From a virus: a DNA stretch of 64,000 bases. Shown piece by piece: positions 9,401 to 19,483 of this stretch. The DNA lies in the IMG/VR virus record IMGVR_UViG_3300036985_001509, positions 1 through 64,000 of that record. One strand, given 5' to 3'. The translations under genes were made by a program, and so were the position numbers. The notes under the pieces were generated by a model, which searched no databases, was not told the origin of the DNA, and worked only from the letters and a program-made list of their open reading frames with translations. Each line of letters starts with the position of its first letter. Positions within the stretch are counted from its first letter, which is position 1.

Positions 9401-12400
9401 TGGAGAGAAGTCTGACAGATCCTCCAGGTCAATTAGCACCTTGAACATTCTATCTCTAAACTCTTCAAACTTATCTATTCTATCAATCTCAGCCTGGATG
9501 GTGTCCTCATACACCTTTGTAAAGAACTGCTTTGTAGCTTCCTCAGACCCTTTGTGTTTAACGAGTCTAACGTTACCTGTAGCATCTACATATACGTTTC
9601 TCAGGTAGGTGTTGAGTTTATCTATGTCAAAGTCAGATCCTGCCTTGGTAACTAGCTCTGTGGGAACCACTACGGTATCACCCATGTAGGAGGGAAGGAA
9701 CCCTACCACCTTAAATGAATCTATGGAAGACAGAGACTGTGTAGGAATACGGAACCCGAGACCTCTCAGTATCTTGGCACCATCAGGACTGTTATTGATG
9801 TAATCAAATATCTCCTGGTCAGTCTTGAACTTCTTAGCAGCCAGCTTATCTCTAAACCAGTGAGGCAGTAACACCTCCATATAAGGCTTGTCCTTTGTGT
9901 AGAACTTAAGGGTGTCACTTGTCATGCGCACCTTCTTCTTCTGAGCATCATCTAGCGCTTCATACTGCTCTCTAGATATCTTCTTCCATCCATCTTCGGT
10001 CTTTTGAACCAGGCTTCTTCCTTTCTCAGCATTCTCCCACATAGTTACAGGAGCCTGAACCAAAGGTTTACCACCCATTGAAGGGGAAAGGATAGACTTC
10101 TCAATCATCGAGTAGATGATGTATCTGATCTGTACGTAGGAAGGAGACGCCTCAAAAGGAATATTGAACTCGTCGTTATCATTCAGTCTCACTGTATCTT
10201 TGGCATTCTGAGAGAGCTCTCTACGGAACATCTCATATACCAGCACCTCAGACAGAGCCTGCTTGTCCTCAAGGGTGAACCCTTGACCATTGTCTACAAT
10301 ACCCAGCTTGTTCAGCAAACGGTTGTATGCGTTTGCGTGCATTCTATCCAGGTCTCTAACATTACGCTTATACAGCTCCTTGATATATTCAGCACGTTGG
10401 CCTGTAGCTCCAAACACCTGACCGTTAGCAAACAGGTCGATGCTGATAAGCTTGGTTGACTGAGACCCACGGGTTTGTTCCTTGCCCTCATCATAGATGT
10501 TCTCCACCTGGATACCATATGCCTTCCAAGGAACATCAACAAAGTTGTTAAATGCTTCCTCGTTAAATGTACCATCAGCGTTGTACAGGTTGTGCAAGCC
10601 TTCAGCTCCCACCTTTCTTCCTGATTCTACGATAGCATATCCATATCCTTGCTCCAACATTTGTATGTAGAACTTCTCCAAACTCTTTCCTTCCACCATA
10701 CTATAGTAGATGGGCATTTGAGAGAACTTATCCAATACCAGATTGATATTGTTTGCGTTGTATTTAACACCAGATACAATAGGCTTTAATATTTCCAGTA
10801 CATTTTTAGGGGAAGGAGTGGATGTAAGCTTCTCATCGTAAGCCTTTAGTTCAGGACTACGATATGTATACTTACCCTTGGCAGCTAGCTTCTTTCTAGT
10901 GTAAGCCATTTGCCACTGGTGGAAAGCTTCAGCCTCATCAGACCACTGACCATTCTTCAGCTTAATCTCTCTGAAGGTATTGTCCATTAACCAAGAGGCA
11001 GCATCAGCTTCCTTAATACCTACATACGCAGGAATAGTGTTAGCTAATACGCTAGCTATCTTAGGATCTACAAGGGTAACAGTTCTTGTATAGGCCTTGT
11101 GATTATGATAGCCAGGATCACCAGGCTGGAGCATAATACCAGCCACCTCGTTCAAGTTGTCATTCAAGAAGGCATCAAACTCAGCCTGGTCAAACGTAGT
11201 TCTACGTGGGGACAGGAAGCTCTTGATACGCTTGGTCTCATCAAACTTACCATCCTCTGTAGAGAACTGAAGAGGATCACCAAAGAGCATTTTGTGATAC
11301 TCAATGTTATTAATGGTGTAGTTGGCTGTTCTGAACATCAACACCTGCTTCAGAACATCTTCCACCATGGGCTTGTTCTTATTGATTCCAAACTTACGAG
11401 CAAACGTGTCATCCAGACTCTCCCACATCCAGCCACTTTCAACAGGAGTGATCTGACTGTTTCTCTGCAGGATGTTCATGGTCTTTGTAGAGATGCCATC
11501 CAAGAAAACAGCCACATCCTGGTTTATAGAACTCTCGTTCTCGTTTACATACTTTGTAATCTCATCCATAGAAACTGACTTGTCAGCAATCATGCTGTTC
11601 AGTTTCTCCAGGGTCTTGGGACGCAGGATGTCATTAAAGAAGCGCAACTCCTTAGCTCTTGCTTTAACATTGTTGAGCTTGCCACGATTCTTGAAGTCAC
11701 GGGCTAGAGCAATGTCATCCATCAGATAGCCCTTGTAGATTTTGTAGATCTTGTTCCAGGCTTTACCGTCTACAAACTCCTGATAACCAACCTGATTGCC
11801 CACATTCATCATCCATTCTGTAGAGCTATCTGCAGGGATGAGAATATAGAAGTCACCGTTCAGGTTCTGGTTTATCTCAAGGGATGTTCTTTCTCCCAGT
11901 CCAAGTTTGGAGATGGACGTACTATCAGAGTCATCAGTATTATCCACCCCTTGAATGGTCATCACTTTAATGTCTCTGATTCTATTACCATCCTTGTCAA
12001 AATACAAACCACCCTTCTTCAGTATTTGAGAGTTGGTGGAGAATGTATCTCTCAGCTCAGGACGCTTCTCAAGAAGCTCATCCAGTGTAGCTGCCTCATT
12101 AAACTCGTTCTCAAACACTGATGCAGTGTTGTTATCAATATAGGCCTGCATTCTCTTTCTCTCAATACCAAAGTAGGTGATGTCCTGGTTGGGGTTGTTT
12201 GCATTTACATACAAACGACCGAGAGTATTGAGCTGTGTGGTGATACCTAGTGTCTGGCTGGTCACAGTGAGCAGGTCATCAGCTTCCTGTAAGAAGGAAC
12301 GGATCTCTCTTACAGCATCAGCAAATTGACTCTTCTGACTCTTTGCACCACCATAACTTTTCAGCTTCTTATAGGTGTCCATATCAAAGGTGACACCAAT

Positions 12401-15400
12401 CTGGGACAGAAACTCCATCATCTCCTTAGGAGACTTGATAGACATTTCCTTCAGCTTCTTGGTGTTAGCCTTATATGTTTCAGTCTTACCATTGTAAACA
12501 ACAGCCCCTTTATCTGTTCTAGCCAACACCTTCATGTTGTTCACCCAAGTGTCAACTTGTTGTCTAGCAGCAGTTTGTACGTTAGCAGCGGTGGTGAAGG
12601 TTTGATCTCCAGCAACACGCTGCACCATAGCATCAGGTCTCTGTCTAGTGAAGGTTTGCATGAAGCTGATGAAGAATCTCCAGTCCTCAGCTTTGAAGTT
12701 GCCATATGGAACAGACTTATCTTTCTTTCCACCCAGGCGTGTGAACATGCGAACGTAGTCAGAATCATTGGTTGCAAGCTCTATAAGCTTGTCCATTGTC
12801 TTATTTACATCACTGGTGTTAGACAGTCTCTCAAGCAGTGTGGCAAATGCTGTGCTGAAGTTGAGCAGCTTATATCCCAACACCTCTGGATCTACCTGAG
12901 CTTCAGGCATTTCCAAGGTGAGAGAGTTGCTCTGGTCCATAGCCTTAGCCTTGAACAGGGTGGCCAGGGTGAACTTAACATCAAAAGATGCTCCCTTCTT
13001 GATATCTATAGTGAATGCTTCAGGCGCATAGTCATTCTTATTGGTGTCCTCACCATTAAGACTCAGTCTATCCTCCAGATCAAAGTTCACTCCGAGTGTG
13101 CGGAGCTTCTCTTTTGTTCTTTCTACAAGAGCATTCCAGCGAGCGTCTCCAAGCTTGGTGCGTTTGTTTACACCATTCCATCCTTGAGTCTCACCTTCTC
13201 TCAAATACATCTCTTCCACCTCACCAAAGATCTGTTTGCTGGTGAGCTTCTGGGGGCTGTACAAAAACTTCTTTGCCTTGAGGAACACCAGACCAGCAAC
13301 TCTGGCTGTCATGTCCTCAACAAACTTCTGAGCTTGTTGCTCAGACAGTCCTTCAATCTCTTTATACTCAGCAGCATCGTTCTTCACAGTGTCAGGAAGT
13401 ACACTCTCCTTATACTTACCCATATCGATTGCATCAAACAATTGTTGTTTGAGCGTGGGTTTAGCATTGAAGCTCTTAAAGAAGTTGATGATTGATCTGA
13501 AGAATCTGAGAATCAACTCCTTAAGACTTCTAGCAGGGAGCTTCCCAACTCTGAAATCACCAAAGTCATCAGCAATCCTTTCCTTAGCTTGTGTATCTGT
13601 AGCAGCAGCGTATTCAATATCACGTCCGCTAGCTCTGTCTCTAAAGGTGCCAGACTGGCTTCTGAACTCGTTCAGGAGATCTTGTCTCTCACCAGGGGAC
13701 AGGAAGCCCTTCCATATACCCTCAAAGATTTCATGGTATTCTGTACCACGCGTAGCACTTCTGTAGAACTTGGCCACACCATTCTCAAATACACCCCAAG
13801 CTGTAATGCCTGGGTTTCTGCGGATGATGTTTTCCAACACCTCAAAAGGAATAAAAGGAACGTTGGCAGCATGCCACTTCCTAAACTCAGCTAGGTCTAG
13901 GTCATCCATTCTATCTTCCTTCTTCTCACCTTTAGCAATCACACGAAACTCTGTGCTGGGCCCTGTTGTACCCTTATTATCATAAGGTTGAGCAGCAGCA
14001 GGTTTTTCAAGAGCTCTATTGTTAATAATATCCTCATACTCACCAACAGTGGTGGCACCAGACTCTTGGTAGGAAAGAAGGCTGTGTTGGAACTCGTGCT
14101 CAATTACAAACTTCTCAAACTCTTCGTATGTAGCAAATGCGTTCTCAGGCAGAGCTGTGGCAAAAGAGCCATCCTTTTGCTTACGGGGCTTGGTCCAAGC
14201 TTTCTCATCAAACTTCTTCTGAAGAAGCTCTCTGTTTACCAATATCTTATTCTCAGTACGATTGTACTGTGCAGCACCAGGTTCTCCTGTAGCTGTTTTG
14301 ATAGAGGTTGTGTTGATTACCTCTATGCCCTTGTAGGTTTCAGCAGGTTTAGCTCCTTCTAAAGCAGCTAGTTTTTTGGCAATATTAACATCACCAATAA
14401 CATCTTTAACTGCTTGAGACTGATTATCAACTGCTTCATTCAGATTAGGTAAAGAGAAAAACATACTCTTTCCTTCTGGTGTAATAACATTCAAAAGAGA
14501 CTTACCGTTGTCTACATTTTTTATTTCTCTTTCAATGTTACCCTTACTATTTACTTTCTGTGTAATTTCTAAATTGGCTATTTTTATACTCTTCTCTATA
14601 TCAGAAACAGGAGCTGCTGTAACAACAGGTTGTGTGCGAGCTGTACCCTGTGCTTGAGCAACAGCAGATTCATCTGGTTGCAGAACAGCAGCAGTGGTGG
14701 GCTTTTCCTTCAGCTTCTTCTCTAATGATGTAGCAGCTATAAGAGCAATGTAATCACCAGCAATATCCTCATCCGTCTTAGCAACATCTCTTACGGGATC
14801 ATAGATGCCAAGTTGTTTAAGCTGGGGAACTATCGAACCGTTTATCAGTTCTTTGTTCTTTGCAATCCTAGCTACAGTGTTCTTAGTCAGTTGACTATCA
14901 ACTAGTTCCACTGTAACGGAACCATTGGGCTCAACGCTAGCTGTGAACTCAAAGTCTCCAAACTCTTTTCTGAGAGGGAACACACCAGTGGTCTTACCAT
15001 CTAGCACATAACCATCCACTGTGGGAACACCCTCTGCCTCAGCTTGTTGGGCAGGGGCTGTGTATTGTACATCCAGTTCCAGTCCTTCCAATACAGCATA
15101 CTTCTGCATGTAGGAATAGGGAATGGATTGTGTGGGCTTAGATACAGACGTGAATAAAGGAGTGTCCTTTACAGCACGCTTGCTACCATCAGGATAGCTA
15201 GCAGACAACAAATAGGAGTTGTAGCTAGACCACTCTCTGGAAGCAATCTGATTGTTATCATCTATGAAGTATTCAGTGAACCCATAGTCACTGTAAATAG
15301 TCTTATTGTTTACGTTAGAGAAGGTCTTCTGGAGTTCTTCCATTATCTCTGCTTCTCTCTCATCCACCTCAGTCAAGGGAATATCCTTGCCTGCAATGCG

Positions 15401-18400
15401 GAGCTCCATGGTATCAGGGTTGATATACACCTGATTCTTGGAGGGGCTCTTTCCTTGCTTCCAGTGAAGGATGTTCTGAAGGAAGCTTGTATAAGACTCT
15501 TCTAGATTACTGTTTAATGCAAATCCTTTGGATAGTTCGCTGAGTAGACGGAAGATTGTTTTGGCCTCAGCCTTGGTGAATCTTCTATTGTTCAATACCT
15601 GGAGGGTGTCGCCATCTTGCAGAACGGGCGTACCTCTCAACACGTTGACAGGCAATCCGTTATGCACAATCTCACCTGTAACAGAGATTACAATCAATCC
15701 TTTGTTACCAGTCTTCTCTTCAGGAACCAACACCTCACCCACGTGGTTTCTCTCAAAGGTCATCACAGGTTTACCTTCTGCATTACGAACAGGATTACCA
15801 TCCTCATCTAGTGCAGGGGTGTCATTGATAATAGGAATACCACGGGATATGCGGAAGTCATGGATAGTGAATGCTGTAGCAGGAGCACCCATGAGTTGCT
15901 CTCTGTATTTAGACCAGGCTTCTGAATAAGCTTTAGCCTCAGCTTCCTGGCCAGCTCTGTAACGAGGATTGCCCTTGCTATCATTGAGTTCAGCTGTAGG
16001 CATTGTTTGGAACACCACCTTGTTCAGATCCACTTGTGTTCCCACCTCATTCATAGGATTACCAGCCTCATCTGCAAAGAACAGCTTGTTGCCTTTTTGG
16101 ACAACAAACACCTGTGCTATAAATCCTGTGTCAGGCTTTCTAACTGTCGCATTGAACTCATTAAGTTCAGCCTCAGTCATCTTAGTGGTGTCCACTTTGT
16201 ATGACAGGGCAGCAAGTCCTGTAAGTCCCAGACCAGCTTCCTGATTAGGAGTCACAAGGATGGCTTTAACATTAGCTCTGTTCTTGTTGTTCTTTACATT
16301 ATTTAAGAACTTTCTAGAACGTACAACATGAGGGGCTGACTTAGTAGGATCGTTGTAAGTCTCCGATTCAGTGATGCCTCCAGTGAATAGAACAGATACC
16401 TCTCTTTTAGCAGGCTCTCTTTCACCAAACTCCTGAGAGGAATCAATAGTGGTTACACTACCAGAGTTCTTCTCTAGCTCATCTTGTTGACGTGTAAGTT
16501 CTTCTTTCTTCTCAATTAGTTTTTCCTGAGCAGTTTGAACTCTCTCATATCCAGTGAGTTGTTTAGATTGGATATTCTGGATGTTACCAGCCATATCCTC
16601 CACCTTCACTGTACCATCCTCATTGATTTCCAACACCTTAACCTTTTGCAGGTCTTTGATGTCTTCATTCATATCTTCTGCAGCTTGATCAGCATCCTCC
16701 TTATTATCATAGAATGTGCTTTCGCCAAGTGGGGATACCACCTCGTAGCGATCATCTGCAACCTTATTAACCTTGGCTAGCTTAAGTCCTTCCAGCTGAT
16801 ATTCTCTATCTGTCTGCGGGGCTTCTTTTGCACCAGCTTTGTTTATAAACTCTACAGGTTCTGGTACAACAGGTTCTGCTTCTTCTTTAGAAGCTTCTTC
16901 CTCTTGTTCATCAGCCATCTTATCCGCCTGGTCAAAGAACTTATTGAACCCTTCCTCAGAAGCTAGATTATCAAATGACTCAGATGCATCTTCTCTAAGT
17001 TGCACCAGTCCATTTATATCTGCACCAAGGGTGTATATCTCAGCAATTTTTTCTGCAGGAATAACCTTTGTGTCAGCACTTTCCTGACCACTCATTTCAA
17101 AGTTGAGCAGGCTCTCAAAGGTTTTGAGATCAAGATCGTTCTTATTCAGAGCGATATTGATACGCTCAGATAGTGTACGTAAAGTTTTGATCTTATCTCT
17201 AGTAGCTCTTTTATCTGCAGGGGTGGTAAATTCTGTAATAGTATCTCCCAGTGTTTTAGCTTGCTGTTCATAAGTTTCAGCAAGCTCTTTCAGGCTATCT
17301 CTTCTAGTAAGATCTGATACAGTGTCGTTGCTAAGAAGAGGGTTGATTGCAGACAGACTGTTTTGAATATTGTTCAGTCTATCTCTAACGTCAGGAGCAA
17401 CACTAGCATAGTATACCAGGTTGTTTTTCCAATCATTAAATGTATCGAACTTAAAGTTTTCTTCAAGTTGCTCTTCTGTGGTGGGATTGATGTGAGAAAC
17501 AAAAGGACTCTTGAAAGTGAAATTGACACTCTCGTACGTATCCTTAATCTCATTAGCTTTCTCAATCAGAGAGTCTACATACTCGTTTACAGTTTTCTTG
17601 CTAGACTCATTGAAGTCCATTCCAAAGGTCTTCTCAAACTCTGCTTTGTCCAGGTCCTTGAGCATTTCTAATTGCTCAATTGTAACATCATGTAAACCAC
17701 TAGGAATGCGTGAGTTTACAAATCCAAAGAACTGGTCATGCTTCAGGTTCTTATACTTGAATATGTTTCCACTCTTTGCAGCATCCTCCATCTCTCTAAC
17801 GTTGTTTGCAGCATTGAGAGTGTTAGAGTATTGATCTTGCAGGATGCCTGTAAGTCCGTAGCGGTTTAGAACATTAATGGTGCTCTGCAGTCTTTGATCC
17901 TTAGTAGGCTGGCCCATTGACTTCTGGATTCTACCAGTGATGCCTCCTGCAATGATGGCAGATATGCCACCAATGAGCATGTTCTGTATACCTTCTGAGC
18001 TACCGAACTGTTCAGCCAATCCTTTGTTGGTAGACACCAGAGCCTCATTTAAAGTGTCCCAAGTCTTTCTATTGTTGGGATCTTTTAGGTTCTTATACTT
18101 TCTGGTGTAGTAGTCATACACACCTTTCTCTACAGCATACTGTCCACCTTCCTCATATATACCCTCAGTGAGTACGTTCTTCAGGGTGGGTTTTACAGCA
18201 TCCCATGCTTTAGCACCTACACCTGTAATTGCCTTCTTTTCAAATACATCCAAAGAACCTTGAGCAAGACCGATTCTACCTGCGTCATCAAGACTTCTCT
18301 CGATTGTACCTGGTACACCTTTAGCTGCATTAGTGAACGACTTGAAGAATGTACCAAACTGAACAGCATTGGACACAGTGAGCAAAGCCATGTTAGCACC

Positions 18401-19477
18401 AAATCTAACATTCATTGCATCTGTTGCATATCCTTCAATCTCATCTAGTGCTGCCCCTTCAGGTTCCCTTCCCCCATTCTCACTCTTGTATTGGTTAACG
18501 AGTTCATCTCTTGTTTGTCTGTAGGAATCTCTAGCCTCAACAGCAGCTTCTGTTCTGGCAGATCCGTACAGTGTAAGACCATAACGAAACCCACTAGTAA
18601 GTTTTGTTGCTGCAGCAGCTCTTCCTAGGTCAGTGAGATTGTCAATAAATCTCTCTGACTTTCCAAGCACCCTTGCTTTGTCCAGCACTTTATCAAGCCT
18701 GTTTGTGCCTGTAAAAAGTTTATTAAGATAGAGAGATGCTCTACCTATCTGATTGGCAACTAATGGGATTTCACCAAGACCGCCTGTAACATACGCTACA
18801 GCAGCATCTTGTACCAAAGCACCACCAATAGCACCAGCCGTAAAACCTAGATTACTGATAACCTTATCTCCCCAGAAGTTTGCAGACCCACGCATGAAAG
18901 GAATCATGGATCTATAAGGATGTTCTTTTTCCCATCTACTTACATAGTTAGGAAATGTATTTTCTAGATTCTTGAGCCACAGATCAATGTCAGACTCATA
19001 TCCGTCTTTTCCTGAGAGCTCAGAAAGGCTACCGTTCTTTACAGCAGCTACGGTGTTTGGAATGGTAGCAAACGACTGGGCAAAAGTTCCTATACCTCTA
19101 GCAAAGAACTTAGCCACACCATTACCCATTTGATCATACCAGGGTTGGTTTAAGCTGTATATATTCTCAAGATCAACACCTCTCAGATAGGTTCCATAGC
19201 GTTGATTATTAAGAAGTTCACTTCTTGGAACCATTGACATAGGTCCACTAAAACTTCTTGTTTGGTTTGAAGCAAGACCAATTTTAGATAAGTCACTAAT
19301 CCTCATTCCACCAAAATTCCCACCAGAAGGATTACCTCCTGAAGGAAGTCCTAAAGGTCGCAAGGTGACATCAACGTCCCTAATAGCAGGAGACCCCAGA
19401 TAAGAGGTTGGGGTTCCTGGTAGCTGGGGGTTCGGGTCGCGAGAGTTATCTATAAGTTCGTTGTCAAAAATTGGCAT
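6437..19477 (-). CDS. Virion-packaged DNA-dependent RNA polymerase (crAss-like, phi14:2 gp66 family)
   Basis: 4346 aa; catalytic motif KAGSDFDIDKL at about 9620-9634, preceded by GFRIPTQSLSSI; zincin-like HEFQH and HEIFE segments; Gly/Ala-rich hydrophobic N-terminal segments. Confidence 0.92.
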   Translation of the reverse strand: MPIFDNELIDNSRDPNPQLPGTPTSYLGSPAIRDVDVTLRPLGLPSGGNPSGGNFGGMRISDLSKIGLASNQTRSFSGPMSMVPRSELLNNQRYGTYLRGVDLENIYSLNQPWYDQMGNGVAKFFARGIGTFAQSFATIPNTVAAVKNGSLSELSGKDGYESDIDLWLKNLENTFPNYVSRWEKEHPYRSMIPFMRGSANFWGDKVISNLGFTAGAIGGALVQDAAVAYVTGGLGEIPLVANQIGRASLYLNKLFTGTNRLDKVLDKARVLGKSERFIDNLTDLGRAAAATKLTSGFRYGLTLYGSARTEAAVEARDSYRQTRDELVNQYKSENGGREPEGAALDEIEGYATDAMNVRFGANMALLTVSNAVQFGTFFKSFTNAAKGVPGTIERSLDDAGRIGLAQGSLDVFEKKAITGVGAKAWDAVKPTLKNVLTEGIYEEGGQYAVEKGVYDYYTRKYKNLKDPNNRKTWDTLNEALVSTNKGLAEQFGSSEGIQNMLIGGISAIIAGGITGRIQKSMGQPTKDQRLQSTINVLNRYGLTGILQDQYSNTLNAANNVREMEDAAKSGNIFKYKNLKHDQFFGFVNSRIPSGLHDVTIEQLEMLKDLDKAEFEKTFGMDFNESSKKTVNEYVDSLIEKANEIKDTYESVNFTFKSPFVSHINPTTEEQLEENFKFDTFNDWKNNLVYYASVAPDVRDRLNNIQNSLSAINPLLSNDTVSDLTRRDSLKELAETYEQQAKTLGDTITEFTTPADKRATRDKIKTLRTLSERINIALNKNDLDLKTFESLLNFEMSGQESADTKVIPAEKIAEIYTLGADINGLVQLREDASESFDNLASEEGFNKFFDQADKMADEQEEEASKEEAEPVVPEPVEFINKAGAKEAPQTDREYQLEGLKLAKVNKVADDRYEVVSPLGESTFYDNKEDADQAAEDMNEDIKDLQKVKVLEINEDGTVKVEDMAGNIQNIQSKQLTGYERVQTAQEKLIEKKEELTRQQDELEKNSGSVTTIDSSQEFGEREPAKREVSVLFTGGITESETYNDPTKSAPHVVRSRKFLNNVKNNKNRANVKAILVTPNQEAGLGLTGLAALSYKVDTTKMTEAELNEFNATVRKPDTGFIAQVFVVQKGNKLFFADEAGNPMNEVGTQVDLNKVVFQTMPTAELNDSKGNPRYRAGQEAEAKAYSEAWSKYREQLMGAPATAFTIHDFRISRGIPIINDTPALDEDGNPVRNAEGKPVMTFERNHVGEVLVPEEKTGNKGLIVISVTGEIVHNGLPVNVLRGTPVLQDGDTLQVLNNRRFTKAEAKTIFRLLSELSKGFALNSNLEESYTSFLQNILHWKQGKSPSKNQVYINPDTMELRIAGKDIPLTEVDEREAEIMEELQKTFSNVNNKTIYSDYGFTEYFIDDNNQIASREWSSYNSYLLSASYPDGSKRAVKDTPLFTSVSKPTQSIPYSYMQKYAVLEGLELDVQYTAPAQQAEAEGVPTVDGYVLDGKTTGVFPLRKEFGDFEFTASVEPNGSVTVELVDSQLTKNTVARIAKNKELINGSIVPQLKQLGIYDPVRDVAKTDEDIAGDYIALIAATSLEKKLKEKPTTAAVLQPDESAVAQAQGTARTQPVVTAAPVSDIEKSIKIANLEITQKVNSKGNIEREIKNVDNGKSLLNVITPEGKSMFFSLPNLNEAVDNQSQAVKDVIGDVNIAKKLAALEGAKPAETYKGIEVINTTSIKTATGEPGAAQYNRTENKILVNRELLQKKFDEKAWTKPRKQKDGSFATALPENAFATYEEFEKFVIEHEFQHSLLSYQESGATTVGEYEDIINNRALEKPAAAQPYDNKGTTGPSTEFRVIAKGEKKEDRMDDLDLAEFRKWHAANVPFIPFEVLENIIRRNPGITAWGVFENGVAKFYRSATRGTEYHEIFEGIWKGFLSPGERQDLLNEFRSQSGTFRDRASGRDIEYAAATDTQAKERIADDFGDFRVGKLPARSLKELILRFFRSIINFFKSFNAKPTLKQQLFDAIDMGKYKESVLPDTVKNDAAEYKEIEGLSEQQAQKFVEDMTARVAGLVFLKAKKFLYSPQKLTSKQIFGEVEEMYLREGETQGWNGVNKRTKLGDARWNALVERTKEKLRTLGVNFDLEDRLSLNGEDTNKNDYAPEAFTIDIKKGASFDVKFTLATLFKAKAMDQSNSLTLEMPEAQVDPEVLGYKLLNFSTAFATLLERLSNTSDVNKTMDKLIELATNDSDYVRMFTRLGGKKDKSVPYGNFKAEDWRFFISFMQTFTRQRPDAMVQRVAGDQTFTTAANVQTAARQQVDTWVNNMKVLARTDKGAVVYNGKTETYKANTKKLKEMSIKSPKEMMEFLSQIGVTFDMDTYKKLKSYGGAKSQKSQFADAVREIRSFLQEADDLLTVTSQTLGITTQLNTLGRLYVNANNPNQDITYFGIERKRMQAYIDNNTASVFENEFNEAATLDELLEKRPELRDTFSTNSQILKKGGLYFDKDGNRIRDIKVMTIQGVDNTDDSDSTSISKLGLGERTSLEINQNLNGDFYILIPADSSTEWMMNVGNQVGYQEFVDGKAWNKIYKIYKGYLMDDIALARDFKNRGKLNNVKARAKELRFFNDILRPKTLEKLNSMIADKSVSMDEITKYVNENESSINQDVAVFLDGISTKTMNILQRNSQITPVESGWMWESLDDTFARKFGINKNKPMVEDVLKQVLMFRTANYTINNIEYHKMLFGDPLQFSTEDGKFDETKRIKSFLSPRRTTFDQAEFDAFLNDNLNEVAGIMLQPGDPGYHNHKAYTRTVTLVDPKIASVLANTIPAYVGIKEADAASWLMDNTFREIKLKNGQWSDEAEAFHQWQMAYTRKKLAAKGKYTYRSPELKAYDEKLTSTPSPKNVLEILKPIVSGVKYNANNINLVLDKFSQMPIYYSMVEGKSLEKFYIQMLEQGYGYAIVESGRKVGAEGLHNLYNADGTFNEEAFNNFVDVPWKAYGIQVENIYDEGKEQTRGSQSTKLISIDLFANGQVFGATGQRAEYIKELYKRNVRDLDRMHANAYNRLLNKLGIVDNGQGFTLEDKQALSEVLVYEMFRRELSQNAKDTVRLNDNDEFNIPFEASPSYVQIRYIIYSMIEKSILSPSMGGKPLVQAPVTMWENAEKGRSLVQKTEDGWKKISREQYEALDDAQKKKVRMTSDTLKFYTKDKPYMEVLLPHWFRDKLAAKKFKTDQEIFDYINNSPDGAKILRGLGFRIPTQSLSSIDSFKVVGFLPSYMGDTVVVPTELVTKAGSDFDIDKLNTYLRNVYVDATGNVRLVKHKGSEEATKQFFTKVYEDTIQAEIDRIDKFEEFRDRMFKVLIDLEDLSDFSPESINAALDEQDIDFFYDHLNMFKEIVNQAAENNVSASEYIAQQVENLADKKTKLTKKILNEKLKTSYVEDMYKRSLENEYYDSFEELLTLPENFQRLITPVGDGGLEEIALEIEDLTNDKEADVKNKIIDPNYMTTLRHAFLTAKRWVGIGAVNITNHSLSQKVTVIMDPERIKNSPAFDQKFLGDGTLLLPHNKVTINGKEYISMSGVLDADGKMYISDGLSGYITSFVDVAKNPYIMKIIRSDKAVGTFMLMQRIGVPLRTAALFMNQPIIKQYLELVEGTGSRGLFGANNIKNIKNRFPVKDGDNVEVADAIDTEALAENIREFAENNKLSTLKKNAEQQLIFEQFLRLAKMAQYNFNFTQAINYDTTKFKSSDALGKKVMKTDMAIENNIFTSPQEVLDNSHIGKQKRILSMSVDAVGSIFVLDQDRFKAITNQILDQYKKRDFISEDDYARIANKIRASFLDYIIQTRTGLNASIKPLLIDANTSVATRLAEAKTLYANELPILRQLEVRFNKENGIHTVMLMANVKDAASENMYIGMMRELRNNPKTNQLYKDLVTLSILQGTYQTGVSIRNIIPIEDYSAIVAPVIAGLRVTEDMEAFAQGMFQRNNWDDNMAFYPLKKVFFISTTQQPIFSDIAGEEVYQYYSPVFPNNEALKIKSTDRKILYLDENYDNDAISSGDYVKIKRVVANKNGGELVDVLKGVGISKKAYAIMKKAGNPLITQVLGYQKVTYPDGTPVTIGIKNYKGEIENKYVYKLINLYGEGAFGSEYYTDFKPSVVDNNTVRIKNEIPNNDIIAALSQNIKVDDVIQQSPAPTTDVKVDTPAATAPIPEGPVEVRYKDKEKRIRLDYPAEIEGLPTELILKMANTPFDGSRIAEPANVAGDYAEAIRKKYGQAAGDYVGETNSEISIPEAEFLRDNPEFATRFIDMYLTGEDADGKTMQELAEILLKKYEKEVDTAQISLFDVNNENLEGADESNPCKR

Positions 19478-19483
19478 TACTAA

